Positions 1 through 12,408 of a stretch of DNA of 46,562 nucleotides are shown here, piece by piece. The stretch spans positions 1-46,562 of the forward strand of contig JBGPHU010000002.1 of NCBI GenBank assembly GCA_041484545.1, given 5' to 3'. Made by a program: the position numbers and the translations under genes. The notes below the pieces were generated by a model. It ran no database searches. It saw only the letters and a list, made by a program, of their open reading frames with translations, and was not told the origin of the DNA. Position 1 is the first letter of the stretch; every line of letters begins with the position of its first letter. Origin of the DNA: Candidatus Eiseniibacteriota bacterium (lineage in GTDB: Bacteria; Eisenbacteria; RBG-16-71-46; SZUA-252).

Positions 1-2931
<2,931 letters not shown>

Positions 2932-2946
2932 ACCAGGAGGAGAACC

Positions 2947-3417
2947 ATGGATGACAGCGTTCGCGAGATGATGTTTCTCATCGTCGAGCAGCTCAAGGCG
3001 TACGTGGACGGAAACGAGGATGCCCTGCTGGAGCTGACGCAGCTGCTCGATTCGGGGAACCACGATGCCGATGTGGTGAACCAGGCGTTCGAGATGATCT
3101 TCCGCGCCCTGGAGCCGTACTCCCGGGAGGATTATCCGGGCGAGCCGCGCGTCCCGCGCAAGCACGTGAGGGTGCCGACCGGGCCCGAACGGGCGCTCCT
3201 GTCTTCGCCCGCATACACATACTTTTTCCGCCTGAACGAGTCGGGCCGGGTCACGCCGGAGCAGTTCGAGGAGATCATGGCTCGCGCGCGCGAGGAGGGA
3301 CCTTCCCTCGACAGCGAAGCGAGAGCGGAGGAGCTGGCGACCGAGGTGCTGATCCACTGGTTCGACGAGGAGCATGGAGTCCCGTCCGATCCGGGCGCGC
3401 CACAGACCGCGCACTGA
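2947..3417 (+). CDS. Smg/DUF494-like small protein
   Basis: 156 aa, the same size as Smg. The N-terminal helix (MMFLIVEQL) and spacing resemble Smg. It lies directly upstream of topA, as smg does in many bacteria. AGGAGGAG Shine-Dalgarno at 2934-2941. Confidence 0.5.
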   Translation: MDDSVREMMFLIVEQLKAYVDGNEDALLELTQLLDSGNHDADVVNQAFEMIFRALEPYSREDYPGEPRVPRKHVRVPTGPERALLSSPAYTYFFRLNESGRVTPEQFEEIMARAREEGPSLDSEARAEELATEVLIHWFDEEHGVPSDPGAPQTAH

Positions 3418-3419
3418 CC

Positions 3420-5882
3420 GTGATTAAACCGACCAAGAAATCGAAAGCGAAGGCCTCCGCCGCGAAGTACGCCGCGAAGCCCGTCGCGCCCAAGGCCGAT
3501 CCCGCTCCGGCCGCGAAGCCCGCCAAGGCGAAGGCCGCTTCCCGGAAACGGGCGCCGGCGGCCGCCCGCGTGGCGAAGGCCGCCGAAGACGAGACGCGCG
3601 ATCCGAAAGCGTCCTCCCGCGGGGGTAAGCCCGGCAGGAACCTCGTGATCGTGGAATCGCCCGCGAAGGCTCGCACGATCGGGAAGTATCTGGGGCCGGG
3701 CTTCGAGGTTCGCGCTTCGAACGGCCACGTTCGGGATCTCCCGAAGAGCAAGCTCGGCGTCGATATCGAGAAGGGTTTCCAACCTTCCTACATCCTCATC
3801 AAGGGGAAGGCGAAGATCCTGAAAGAGCTGAAGCAGAGCGCCCGGCTGGCGAACACGATCTATCTCGCCCCCGATCCCGACCGCGAAGGCGAGGCGATCG
3901 CCTGGCATCTGGCCGAGACGCTCGGGAACGGCGCGGGCGGCCGGATCCAGCGGCTCGCGTTCTACGAGATCACGAAGCGCGGAATCCTCTCGGCGCTCGA
4001 AGCGCCGCGCGCAATCGATATGAACAAAGTGCACGCGCAGCAGGCCCGCCGCGTTCTTGACCGGCTCGTGGGCTATCAGGTGAGCCCGTTTCTCTGGAAG
4101 ACCATCCGCTACGGACTCTCGGCCGGTCGCGTCCAATCGGTCGCCCTGCGTCTGATCTGCGAACGGGAGGACGAGGTCCGGGCCTTCGTGCCGCGCGAAT
4201 ACTGGACGATCGACGCCGACCTCGCCACCGCGAAGGACGAGCCCTTCCGCGCGCGGGTTCAGAAGAAGGCGGGAGAGAAGTTCCTGCTCGAGAACGAGGC
4301 GCAGGCGAAGGAAGCCGCCGCGGAGCTCGGGAAGGAATCGTTCCGCGTCACGGGCGTGCGCACGCAGGAGAAGAAGCGCAATCCCTTGCCCCCCTTCATC
4401 ACGAGCACGATGCAGCAGGAGTCCTTCCAGAGGCTTAGGTACAGCGCCCAGAAGACCATGGTGGTCGCGCAGCAGCTCTACGAGGGAATCGACATCGGAA
4501 CCGAGGGATCGACCGGGCTCATCACGTACATGCGCACGGATTCCACCCGCACCTCGTCCGAGGCCCTGGCGGAGGTCCGCGACTTCATCGAGGCGTCGTT
4601 CGGACCGGGCTATCTTCCACCCGAAGCGCGCCACTTCCGCTCGCGCGAGACGTCGCAGGACGCGCATGAGGCAATCCGCCCGACGTCGGTCGCGCGGACG
4701 CCCGCATCGATGAAGCGGCATCTCGAGCCCGATCAGCACCGCCTCTACGAGCTGATCTGGCAGCGGTTCGTGGCTTCCCAGATGAACCCGGCGCTCGTGC
4801 TCACGACCACGGCGGACATCGCCGCGGGCGTCTATCTCCTGCGGGCTTCGGGAAGCCGTATCAAATTCGACGGCTTCACGCGCGCGTACCAATCGGCCCT
4901 CATCGAAGACACCGGCCCCGAGGCCTCGAAGCTGCCGGCCTTGAACGAAGGGGACGCGCTGAAGCGGCTCGGCATTCTTCCCGAGCAGCACTTCACGGAG
5001 CCGCCGCCCCGCTACACCGAAGCCTCCCTCGTAAAAACGCTCGAGGAGAAGGGCATCGGGCGGCCGAGCACCTACGCGACGATCGTCGGCACCATCCTCA
5101 CCCGCGACTACGTGCTCCGCGATCGCGGCAAGCTCACCCCTACGGACCTGGGCATGATGGTCTGGAAGCTCCTCGCCCGGATGTTCGGCGACGTGTTCGA
5201 GGTCGAGTTCACGGCCAAGATGGAGCGGGAACTGGATCGGGTGGAGAGCGGGAAGGACGCCTGGGATCACGTGGTCGCCGAGTTCTACGCGCCCTTCCGG
5301 AAGGATCTCGCGGAGGCCGAGTCGCAGCGCGAGAGTCTCAAGGCCTCGCTCACCGAGGAGTCGGATCGTGTATGCCCGAAGTGCGCCTCGAAGATGGTGA
5401 AGCGTTACGGGCGGAACGGTCCGTTCCTCGCGTGCCCCCGCTATCCCGAATGCAAGACCACGATGCCGGTCGAAGAGGAGGCGGTGACCCCCGACGTTCC
5501 GACCCGGCCTTGCCCCCTGTGCGAGAGCCCCATGCGGGTCCGGTCGGGACGGTTCGGGAAGTTCCTCGCGTGCTCGCGCTATCCGGAGTGCAAGGGGACG
5601 CGTCCGCTCGGGCTCGGCGTGCCCTGTCCCGACTGCGGAACGGGGGAGCTGGTGGAGCGGAGGACGAAGCGCGGCAAGGCGTTCTTCGGATGCAGCCGCT
5701 ATCCGGAGTGCAAGTTCGGCATCTGGGACCGCCCCCTCAAGCAGCCGTGTCCCGCGTGCGCGTATCCGATTCTCGTTCAGAAGCAGACCAAGACCAAAGG
5801 CGACTACCTCCAGTGCCCGAAGTGCAAGCATCGCGTCGACGCCGAAGCTTCCGAGGCCGTGAGTGAATCGCTGGATCACTGA
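3420..5882 (+). CDS. topA: DNA topoisomerase I with Lys/Ala/Pro-rich N-terminal tail and four C-terminal C4 zinc fingers
   Basis: Toprim start LVIVESPAKARTIGKYLG and catalytic region GLITYMRTDSTR. Four CxxC..CxxxxC modules are present (CPKC..CPRYPEC, CPLC..CSRYPEC, CPDC..CSRYPEC, CPAC..CPKC). The GTG start sits 2 nt after the preceding stop. An alternative in-frame GTG at 3570 would shorten the tail. Confidence 0.95.
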   Translation: MIKPTKKSKAKASAAKYAAKPVAPKADPAPAAKPAKAKAASRKRAPAAARVAKAAEDETRDPKASSRGGKPGRNLVIVESPAKARTIGKYLGPGFEVRASNGHVRDLPKSKLGVDIEKGFQPSYILIKGKAKILKELKQSARLANTIYLAPDPDREGEAIAWHLAETLGNGAGGRIQRLAFYEITKRGILSALEAPRAIDMNKVHAQQARRVLDRLVGYQVSPFLWKTIRYGLSAGRVQSVALRLICEREDEVRAFVPREYWTIDADLATAKDEPFRARVQKKAGEKFLLENEAQAKEAAAELGKESFRVTGVRTQEKKRNPLPPFITSTMQQESFQRLRYSAQKTMVVAQQLYEGIDIGTEGSTGLITYMRTDSTRTSSEALAEVRDFIEASFGPGYLPPEARHFRSRETSQDAHEAIRPTSVARTPASMKRHLEPDQHRLYELIWQRFVASQMNPALVLTTTADIAAGVYLLRASGSRIKFDGFTRAYQSALIEDTGPEASKLPALNEGDALKRLGILPEQHFTEPPPRYTEASLVKTLEEKGIGRPSTYATIVGTILTRDYVLRDRGKLTPTDLGMMVWKLLARMFGDVFEVEFTAKMERELDRVESGKDAWDHVVAEFYAPFRKDLAEAESQRESLKASLTEESDRVCPKCASKMVKRYGRNGPFLACPRYPECKTTMPVEEEAVTPDVPTRPCPLCESPMRVRSGRFGKFLACSRYPECKGTRPLGLGVPCPDCGTGELVERRTKRGKAFFGCSRYPECKFGIWDRPLKQPCPACAYPILVQKQTKTKGDYLQCPKCKHRVDAEASEAVSESLDH

Positions 5883-6783
5883 GTTCCTCGAATACATGGA
5901 AGGGCAGCGGCGCGCCGCGCCGGGTACGCTCCGCGCGTATCGCGACGACCTGACGCGCTTCGCCGCCTTCGCGAAGGCCCGCCTGGGCGGCGACGCCCGG
6001 GTCCCGGAAGACCTGACGCCCGAGCTTCTCGCCGCGTTCGCCGCGGCCCGTTCGCTCGCGAAGGCGGCCCGCAAGCATCGCCAGATCTCGGCCCGGACGC
6101 TCGGACGCTCGCTCGCGGCGCTCCGCTCCTTTCTCCGCTACCTGGAGCGCCGGGGCAAGACGACGGCGGCCCTGCGCGGCGCGCTGCCGCGCGTGAGCGC
6201 CCCTCAGCCGCTTCCCTCCGCCATCTCCGAGACGCCCCTGAACGAGCTTCTGGACCGCGCGGCCTCCTCGATCCCGGACGGCGACACACGCTCCCTGCGC
6301 GCCCTGCTCGCGGCAGAATGGCTCTACGGCTCGGGGCTAAGGCTCGGCGAGCTGACCGGGCTCACGTGGGGCCGCTTCGACGCCCGCCGGAGGCTCGCGA
6401 GGGTCATGGGGAAAGGGTCCAAGGAGCGCGTCGTGCCGGTGGGGGAGCGGGCCGCGGACATGCTCACCCGCTACTGGGCGGCCATCGGGCGCACGCCCGC
6501 GCCGGAGAGTCCGCTGATTCCCGGCCGCGGGTCGGCCGCGGTCTCTCCGCGCACGCTCGAGCGCGACATCCGCGCCTTCCTGGGCGGGCTCGGGCCGAAC
6601 GCCGCGACCCACCCGCACGCCCTGCGGCACAGCTTCGCCACGCATCTCCTCGACCGGGGCGCGAACCTCCGCGCCGTCCAGGAGCTGCTCGGGCATCAGA
6701 ACCTGGGCACCACACAGATCTACACGCATGTGACCCGGCGCCGGCTCAAGGCCGCCTATGCGCGCGCACACCCGCGCGCATGA
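5863..6783 (+). CDS. xerC: Tyrosine site-specific recombinase, XerC/XerD family
   Basis: N-terminal SAM-like region (RAYRDDLTRF). Catalytic region has GLRLGEL, ALRHSFATHLLDRGANLRAVQELLGHQNLGTTQIYTHV. The GTG start overlaps the topA 3' end by 20 nt. Confidence 0.85.
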   Translation: MNRWITEFLEYMEGQRRAAPGTLRAYRDDLTRFAAFAKARLGGDARVPEDLTPELLAAFAAARSLAKAARKHRQISARTLGRSLAALRSFLRYLERRGKTTAALRGALPRVSAPQPLPSAISETPLNELLDRAASSIPDGDTRSLRALLAAEWLYGSGLRLGELTGLTWGRFDARRRLARVMGKGSKERVVPVGERAADMLTRYWAAIGRTPAPESPLIPGRGSAAVSPRTLERDIRAFLGGLGPNAATHPHALRHSFATHLLDRGANLRAVQELLGHQNLGTTQIYTHVTRRRLKAAYARAHPRA

Positions 6784-6823
6784 CCCTTATTCCCCACACG
6801 AACCCAGTCGAGGAGCGAACAGG

Positions 6824-7882
6824 ATGACGAAGCGTAATCTGGTGTCCTTTGCGGATCTCACCCGCGCCGACGTGGACCGGCTGTTCCAGACCGCGGGGCG
6901 GCTCAAGGGCGACCTCCGCGCGGGACGCGCGCACCACGAGCTGAACCACCGCTCGCTCGCGCTGATCTTCCACAAGCCCAGCCTGCGCACGCGGCTCTCC
7001 TTCGAGGTGGCGATGACCCAGCTCGGGGGATCCTCGATCTTCATCACGGAACGCGAGATCGGGATGGGTCAGCGCGAATCGGTCTCGGACGTGGCGCGGG
7101 TGCTCTCCGGATACGTGGACGGCATCATGATCCGCACGTTCGCGCACGACCTCGCGGTGGACCTGGCGCGGCACGCGACGGTCCCGGTCATCAACGGCCT
7201 CACCGACTGGCTCCATCCGTGCCAGATCCTGGCCGACCTCTTCACCATGAAGGAGCACGGCGTGGACCTGGACCACGCCGTCGTCTGCTACGTCGGGGAC
7301 GGGAACAACGTCGCGAATTCCTGGATCGAAGCGGCGAGGCTCTTCGGGCTGGAGGTCCGGATCGCATGCCCGGAGGGCTATGATCCCGATCCCAAGCTCG
7401 TGGCGCAGGTGGGGCGTAGCGGTCCCGGGCGAGTCCGCGTGTTGCGGTCCACGGCGGAAGCGGCGCAGGGGGCGGACGTGCTCTACACCGACGTATGGGC
7501 GAGCATGGGGCAGGAGGCGGAGCGGGAGAAGCGCCTGCCGGTCTTCCGCTCCTACCAGATCAACCGTTCAATCTTGCGTGAAGCGAAGACCGGGGCGTTC
7601 GTGATGCACTGCCTGCCCGCCCATCGCGGCGAGGAGATCACCGAAGACGTCTTCGAGGGGACCCAATCGCTCGTCTTCCCGCAGGCCGAGAACCGGATGC
7701 ATCTCCAGAAGGCGATCCTCTACGACCTCCTGGTGGGGCGCGTCGCCGGCGCGAAGAAGAAGGGCGGCGCCGGCGCCGGCGCGAAGAAGAAGGGCGCGTC
7801 CAAGCCCGCCGCCCGGTCTCGCGCGGCCGGAAAGCCCGGCGCGCGCCGGAGCGCACCCGCGCGGAGCCGCCGCGGGCGGTGA
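6824..7882 (+). CDS. argF: Ornithine carbamoyltransferase with basic Lys/Ala/Gly-rich C-terminal extension
   Basis: Motifs SLRTR, HPCQILAD, GDGNNVANSW and HCLPAHRGEE. ATG at 6824 lies behind AGGAG (6811-6815). About 45 extra residues follow the normal C-terminus. Confidence 0.9.
   Translation: MTKRNLVSFADLTRADVDRLFQTAGRLKGDLRAGRAHHELNHRSLALIFHKPSLRTRLSFEVAMTQLGGSSIFITEREIGMGQRESVSDVARVLSGYVDGIMIRTFAHDLAVDLARHATVPVINGLTDWLHPCQILADLFTMKEHGVDLDHAVVCYVGDGNNVANSWIEAARLFGLEVRIACPEGYDPDPKLVAQVGRSGPGRVRVLRSTAEAAQGADVLYTDVWASMGQEAEREKRLPVFRSYQINRSILREAKTGAFVMHCLPAHRGEEITEDVFEGTQSLVFPQAENRMHLQKAILYDLLVGRVAGAKKKGGAGAGAKKKGASKPAARSRAAGKPGARRSAPARSRRGR
7744..7796 (+). repeat. Perfect 23-nt direct repeat with 30-nt period inside the argF 3' extension
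   Basis: CGCCGGCGCGAAGAAGAAGGGCG occurs at 7744-7766 and again at 7774-7796. It encodes an in-frame duplication of AGAKKKG. Confidence 0.9.
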
Positions 7883-8931
7883 TGCGCCGCGCGGTCTCGG
7901 CCGGGAGAAGCCTCGCGCCCGCGTTTCTTCTCGCGGCGCTCTTGGGTGGGTGTGCCAAGCCTGACTTTCCGCCCGGCGGACCGGTCGACACGATCGCCCC
8001 GCGCGTCCTGGCGACCGTGCCCGCCGACAGCACCGTGCGCGTGGCGGCCGACGCCGGGATCGAGCTTCTCTTCTCGGAGCCCATGGACCGCGTGAGCGTG
8101 CGCGACGGATTCCGGATCTATCCGCCGCCGGGCACGCCCTCCTATCACTGGAACGGGCGCCGCTTCCGGATTTCCTGGGAGGAGCCGCTGCGCCCCCATA
8201 CCACGTACCAGGCGTTCCTGAGCGCGACCGCGCGCGATGCCCACGGCGTGCCGACCGGTCATCCCATCACCATCCGTTTCACGACGGGCGACTCGCTGGA
8301 TCCGGGGAAGATCCGGGGCGTGCTTCGCGCCAAGACCCTCCCGATTCGGGGCGTTCCGATCTGGGCGTATCCGGATTCGCTGGGGCTGGTCCCCGACTTC
8401 GCGAACGCGGTTCCCTCCTATGCGACCGAGACCGACACCTCCGCCGCGTACGCCCTCACCGGCTTGCCGCCGCGACAGGGGTTCACCGTCCATGCCGTCT
8501 ACGACTTGAATCGGAGCGGCTCGATCGACTCGGCAACCGACGTCGTGGCCAACTACCCGACCGTGATCCGGTTGACACCCGAGCGGCCGGTCGCGGATAG
8601 TATCAACATCGTCGCCGTGGACCCGCGCGCGGGCGCGACGTTGACCGGCACGATCTACGCGGCCGACTCGACCTCGCGGTATCGCGTCGAGGCGAAGTCC
8701 GATTCGGACACGACCTTCGTCCGCTTCGTCGAGCGCAAGGGGCCCGGAGACTATCTCCTGCACCTAGCGCCCGGACGGTACCGGCTTCGCGCGACCCGTC
8801 TCAGGCCTACGCCCGGCCCACCGGCGGCGGAGGTGAGGTATCCGGAGATCCTGAACGCGCGGCCCGAGGAGCAGTACGAGCACGTCGATTTCCGGTTCGA
8901 GGGCGAGGTGAAACCCCCGCCGCGGCGTTGA
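7879..8931 (+). CDS. Lipoprotein with Ig-like (SbsA/Big-type) N-terminal domain
   Basis: Signal peptide plus lipobox (LLAALLGGCAKPD). The segment DTIAPRVLATVPADSTVRV..IELLFSEPMD resembles bacterial Ig-like domains. The start overlaps the argF stop (GTGATG). Confidence 0.5.
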   Translation: MMRRAVSAGRSLAPAFLLAALLGGCAKPDFPPGGPVDTIAPRVLATVPADSTVRVAADAGIELLFSEPMDRVSVRDGFRIYPPPGTPSYHWNGRRFRISWEEPLRPHTTYQAFLSATARDAHGVPTGHPITIRFTTGDSLDPGKIRGVLRAKTLPIRGVPIWAYPDSLGLVPDFANAVPSYATETDTSAAYALTGLPPRQGFTVHAVYDLNRSGSIDSATDVVANYPTVIRLTPERPVADSINIVAVDPRAGATLTGTIYAADSTSRYRVEAKSDSDTTFVRFVERKGPGDYLLHLAPGRYRLRATRLRPTPGPPAAEVRYPEILNARPEEQYEHVDFRFEGEVKPPPRR

Positions 8932-8965
8932 CCGGGGATCGCGGCTTACGAGGGAGGAGCGGAGC

Positions 8966-9871
8966 ATGACGGATCCGAAAGCGATGTTCGAGGGCCTGGC
9001 GGTCGCGATCATCACGCCGTTTCGAAACGGCGCGGTGGACAAAGACGCGCTCGCGCGTCTCACGAACCACCTGGTCGAGGGAGGCGTCCGCTCCCTCTAT
9101 CCCTGCGGCTGCACGGGCGAAGCGACCTCGCTGACGAGGGAAGAGCGCACGCAGGTGATCCAAACCGTGATCGAGGCCGCGCGGGGACGCGCCGCCGTGA
9201 TCGCCGGGACCGGGACCGCCGTGACGGCGGAGACGATCGAGGTATCCCAGGACGCGATCCGCGCGGGCGCGGACGGCGTCATGGTGATCACGCCCTACTC
9301 CGTGAAGCCGACGCAGGAGGGGCTCATCGCGCACTACCGCGCCGTGGCCGATCGGGTGGACCGGCCGATCGTTCTCTACAATGTTCCCTCCCGGACCGGC
9401 GTATCGATCGCTCCCGAAACCGTCGCGACGCTGTCCGAGCACCCCCGGATCGCCGCCATCAAGGAAGCGAGCGGATCCCTCGACCAGGCGAGCGCCATCC
9501 GCGCGCGTTGCGACATCGTCATCCTGGCCGGGGACGACTCCCTTTATCTGCCGCTTCTCGCGGTGGGCGCGCGCGGGGTCGTTTCGGTGGCCGGGCATTT
9601 GGTGCCGAAGGAGATGAGCGAGATCGGAAAGCACGCCGCGGCGGGTCGCATGGCCGAAGCCGAGGCGATCCACCGAAAGCTCATCCCGATATTCCGGGCC
9701 ATCTTCCTCGAAACGAGCCCCGCTCCGGTGAAGCACGCGCTCATGCGCCTCGGCTTCACGACCGGAGAGCTGCGCCTGCCGCTCGTCCCGGTGCGGCCGG
9801 AAACGGCCGCGGCCGTGGACCAGACGCTGGAGCGTCTCGGCATCGCGTCGCCCGCGCGGTCGGGCCGCTGA
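8966..9871 (+). CDS. dapA: 4-hydroxy-tetrahydrodipicolinate synthase
   Basis: Motifs AIITPF and GCTGEATSLTREER, and the active-site Lys context AAIKEASG. GGAGGAG Shine-Dalgarno upstream. Confidence 0.92.
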   Translation: MTDPKAMFEGLAVAIITPFRNGAVDKDALARLTNHLVEGGVRSLYPCGCTGEATSLTREERTQVIQTVIEAARGRAAVIAGTGTAVTAETIEVSQDAIRAGADGVMVITPYSVKPTQEGLIAHYRAVADRVDRPIVLYNVPSRTGVSIAPETVATLSEHPRIAAIKEASGSLDQASAIRARCDIVILAGDDSLYLPLLAVGARGVVSVAGHLVPKEMSEIGKHAAAGRMAEAEAIHRKLIPIFRAIFLETSPAPVKHALMRLGFTTGELRLPLVPVRPETAAAVDQTLERLGIASPARSGR

Positions 9872-9878
9872 CCGCGGC

Positions 9879-10658
9879 GTGACCGCCACCCCGATCATTC
9901 TTTTCGGCGCCACCGGTCGCATGGGCCGCGCCGTTCGCGCCTCGATCGCGGAATATCCGGAGCTGACCCTTCATACGTGCGTGGCGCGCTCCACCGATCC
10001 CGCGGGCCGCGAGTCCGGATGCGCCTGGATGACGCCGGATCGGCTCGTGACGGGAGGCGCGGACGCCGTCCCGGGCAACGCGGTCGTCATCGACGTGAGC
10101 CTCGCCGCGGGCACGACGCGGCTCTTGGACTGGCTGGACCGCTCGCCGCGCGCGCTCGTGAGCGCCACGACCGGGCTCAGCGGGAGCGACGAGAAGCGGA
10201 TCGATGATCTGTCCAAGCGCGTGCCGGTCCTCCGGGCGATGAACCTGAGCTTCGGGAACGCGCTCGCGCTCACGATGCTCCGCTCGGTGTCCCCCGCCGC
10301 CCAGGCGGCGTTCGAGATCGACATCATCGAGCACCACCATGCGGGGAAGCGCGACGCGCCGAGCGGAACGGCGCTTCTGTGGTCCGCGTCGCTCACGGAG
10401 AAATCCGACGCGGTCGATGCATCGCCGGATATGACGAAACCGCGCGAGCCGGGGAAGATCCGTCTTCACTCCATCCGGTCCGGCACCGCGGTCGGAACGC
10501 ACCGGGCGCTCCTCGCCGGAGCGGGGGAGACGGTGGAGGTGATGCACACGGTCACCGACCGCGCGGTCTTCGCCCGGGGCGCGCTCCGGGCCGCGCGGTT
10601 TCTCGCGGGACGGCAACCCGGGCACTACACGCTCGAGCAGACGCTCGTGAACCCCTGA
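9879..10658 (+). CDS. dapB: 4-hydroxy-tetrahydrodipicolinate reductase
   Basis: Signature EIDIIEHHHAGKRDAPSGTA. N-terminal Rossmann start ILFGATGRMG. Directly follows dapA. Confidence 0.9.
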   Translation: MTATPIILFGATGRMGRAVRASIAEYPELTLHTCVARSTDPAGRESGCAWMTPDRLVTGGADAVPGNAVVIDVSLAAGTTRLLDWLDRSPRALVSATTGLSGSDEKRIDDLSKRVPVLRAMNLSFGNALALTMLRSVSPAAQAAFEIDIIEHHHAGKRDAPSGTALLWSASLTEKSDAVDASPDMTKPREPGKIRLHSIRSGTAVGTHRALLAGAGETVEVMHTVTDRAVFARGALRAARFLAGRQPGHYTLEQTLVNP

Positions 10659-10680
10659 ACGGAGGCAGGACCCTACCCCC

Positions 10681-12408
10681 ATGCGCTTTTCGCGAGCGTT
10701 CGCACCGACGCTGAAGGAAGACCCGGCCGACGCCGAGCTGATCAGCCACAAGCTGATGGTTCGCGCCGGCATGCTGCGGAAGCTCGCGGCCGGCATCTAC
10801 ACGCTCCTGCCTCTGGGTTGGCGCGTCGCGCGCAAGGTGGAGCAGATCGTGCGCGAGGAGATGGACCGGGCGGGCGCCCAGGAGCTCCGCCTGCCGATCT
10901 TCATGCCGGCGGAGCTGTGGCAGGAAACCGGCCGCTGGGAAAAGTACGGGAAGGAGCTGTTCCGCATTCGCGACCGCCACGAGCGCGACTACGCGATCGG
11001 CCCCACGCACGAGGAGGCGATCACCGACCTCGTGCGGAATCACATCCGCTCCTATCGCGACCTGCCGCTCAACCTGTACCAGATCCAGACCAAGTTCCGG
11101 GACGAGATCCGCCCGCGATTCGGCGTGATGCGCGCCCGCGAATTCCTCATGAAGGACGGCTACAGCTTCCACACGGACGAACTGCAGCTCGAGACGGCCT
11201 ACGAAGAAATGCGCGAGGCCTACGCGGCGGTCTTCCGGCGTTGCGGGTTGGAGTTCGTCATCGTGGAGGCGGATTCGGGCGCGATCGGGGGCGACGTGAA
11301 CCACGAGTTCATGGTCACCGCCGATTCGGGGGAGTCCTTGATTTTCTCCTCGCAGTGCGGGTACGCCGCGTCCTCCGAGAGCGCGACCTACCGCCTGGAC
11401 CCGGCGCCGGACGAGAAGGAAGCGCCGCTCACCAAACGCGAGACGCCGGGGCGGAAGACCGTGGAGGAGGTATCCGCGTTTCTAGGCGTCGAGCCCTCGC
11501 GTCTCCTGAAATCCCTCGTCTTCTTCGCGGGCGGGGATCCGGTCCTCGCGGTCGTGCCTGGAGACCGCGAGCTGAACGAGGCCAAGCTCGCCAGGGTGCT
11601 CGGACATCCGGCGCCGCGTCTCGCCACCGCGGAGGAGATCGAGCGGCTGACCGGCGGCCCCCTCGGGTTCACCGGCCCTGCGGGAAGCCCGGAGACGCTG
11701 CGCACCGTCCTGGACACGTCGATCCAGGAGAACCTGAACTACGTGACGGGCGGCAACGTCCGAGACGTGCATCTCGTGAATGTTCGCGTGGGCCGCGACG
11801 TGCGCTCGCGGGAGCGGGCGGATCTCACGACCGCGCGCGAGGGGGACCGGTGTCCCCGCTGCGGCGACGTCATGCGCCTGGGGCGCGGCATCGAGGTGGG
11901 GCACATCTTCAAGCTGGGGACCAAGTATTCGCAGGCGATGGGCGCGCGCTACCTTGACGCGGAGGGTGCGGAGCGCACGATCATCATGGGCACGTACGGG
12001 ATCGGGATCACGCGAACCGTCGCCGCGGTGATCGAGCAGCTTCACGATCCGAACGGCATCGTGTGGCCGTTCTCGATCGCGCCCTACCACGTGCACCTCG
12101 TGCCGGTGAACGTGAACCACGCCGAGACGAACAAGGTCGCCGAATCGATCTACGAGAGCCTGAACGGGTGGGGCGTGGAAACCCTGATCGACGATCGCGA
12201 CGAGCGTCCGGGAGCCAAGTTCAAGGACGCGGACCTGATCGGAATCCCTCTCCGGGTGACGATCGGGGAGAAGGGGCTGAAAGACGGAGTCGTCGAGCTG
12301 CGTGACCGGAAGACCGGTCAGGTAGACCGGGTGCCCTTGGGCGAGGCCGCCGGCGAGTGCCGGAAACGGGTCGAGGCGGCGCTCAGGAAGCTTTCGCCGA
12401 CCGGTTGA
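10681..12408 (+). CDS. proS: Prolyl-tRNA synthetase (bacterial type with INS editing domain)
   Basis: Class II motifs (QIQTKFRDEIRPRFGVMRAREFLMKDGYSFH, GIEVGHIFKLGTKYS), a central insertion, and a C-terminal anticodon-binding region. Confidence 0.95.
   Translation: MRFSRAFAPTLKEDPADAELISHKLMVRAGMLRKLAAGIYTLLPLGWRVARKVEQIVREEMDRAGAQELRLPIFMPAELWQETGRWEKYGKELFRIRDRHERDYAIGPTHEEAITDLVRNHIRSYRDLPLNLYQIQTKFRDEIRPRFGVMRAREFLMKDGYSFHTDELQLETAYEEMREAYAAVFRRCGLEFVIVEADSGAIGGDVNHEFMVTADSGESLIFSSQCGYAASSESATYRLDPAPDEKEAPLTKRETPGRKTVEEVSAFLGVEPSRLLKSLVFFAGGDPVLAVVPGDRELNEAKLARVLGHPAPRLATAEEIERLTGGPLGFTGPAGSPETLRTVLDTSIQENLNYVTGGNVRDVHLVNVRVGRDVRSRERADLTTAREGDRCPRCGDVMRLGRGIEVGHIFKLGTKYSQAMGARYLDAEGAERTIIMGTYGIGITRTVAAVIEQLHDPNGIVWPFSIAPYHVHLVPVNVNHAETNKVAESIYESLNGWGVETLIDDRDERPGAKFKDADLIGIPLRVTIGEKGLKDGVVELRDRKTGQVDRVPLGEAAGECRKRVEAALRKLSPTG

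Noticed and set aside
5863-6783. Tyrosine recombinases (here and at 15161..16060) as markers of an integrated mobile element
   Set aside because: Both show XerC/XerD-type motifs and lengths. They are embedded by codon overlap in housekeeping operons. There are no flanking direct repeats, tRNA genes or phage/plasmid genes.
7210-7224. Minus-strand TGGCACGGATGGAGC with correct GG/GC spacing inside argF
   Set aside because: It is antisense within a conserved coding motif (HPCQ), with no downstream minus-strand gene. It is most likely a chance match.
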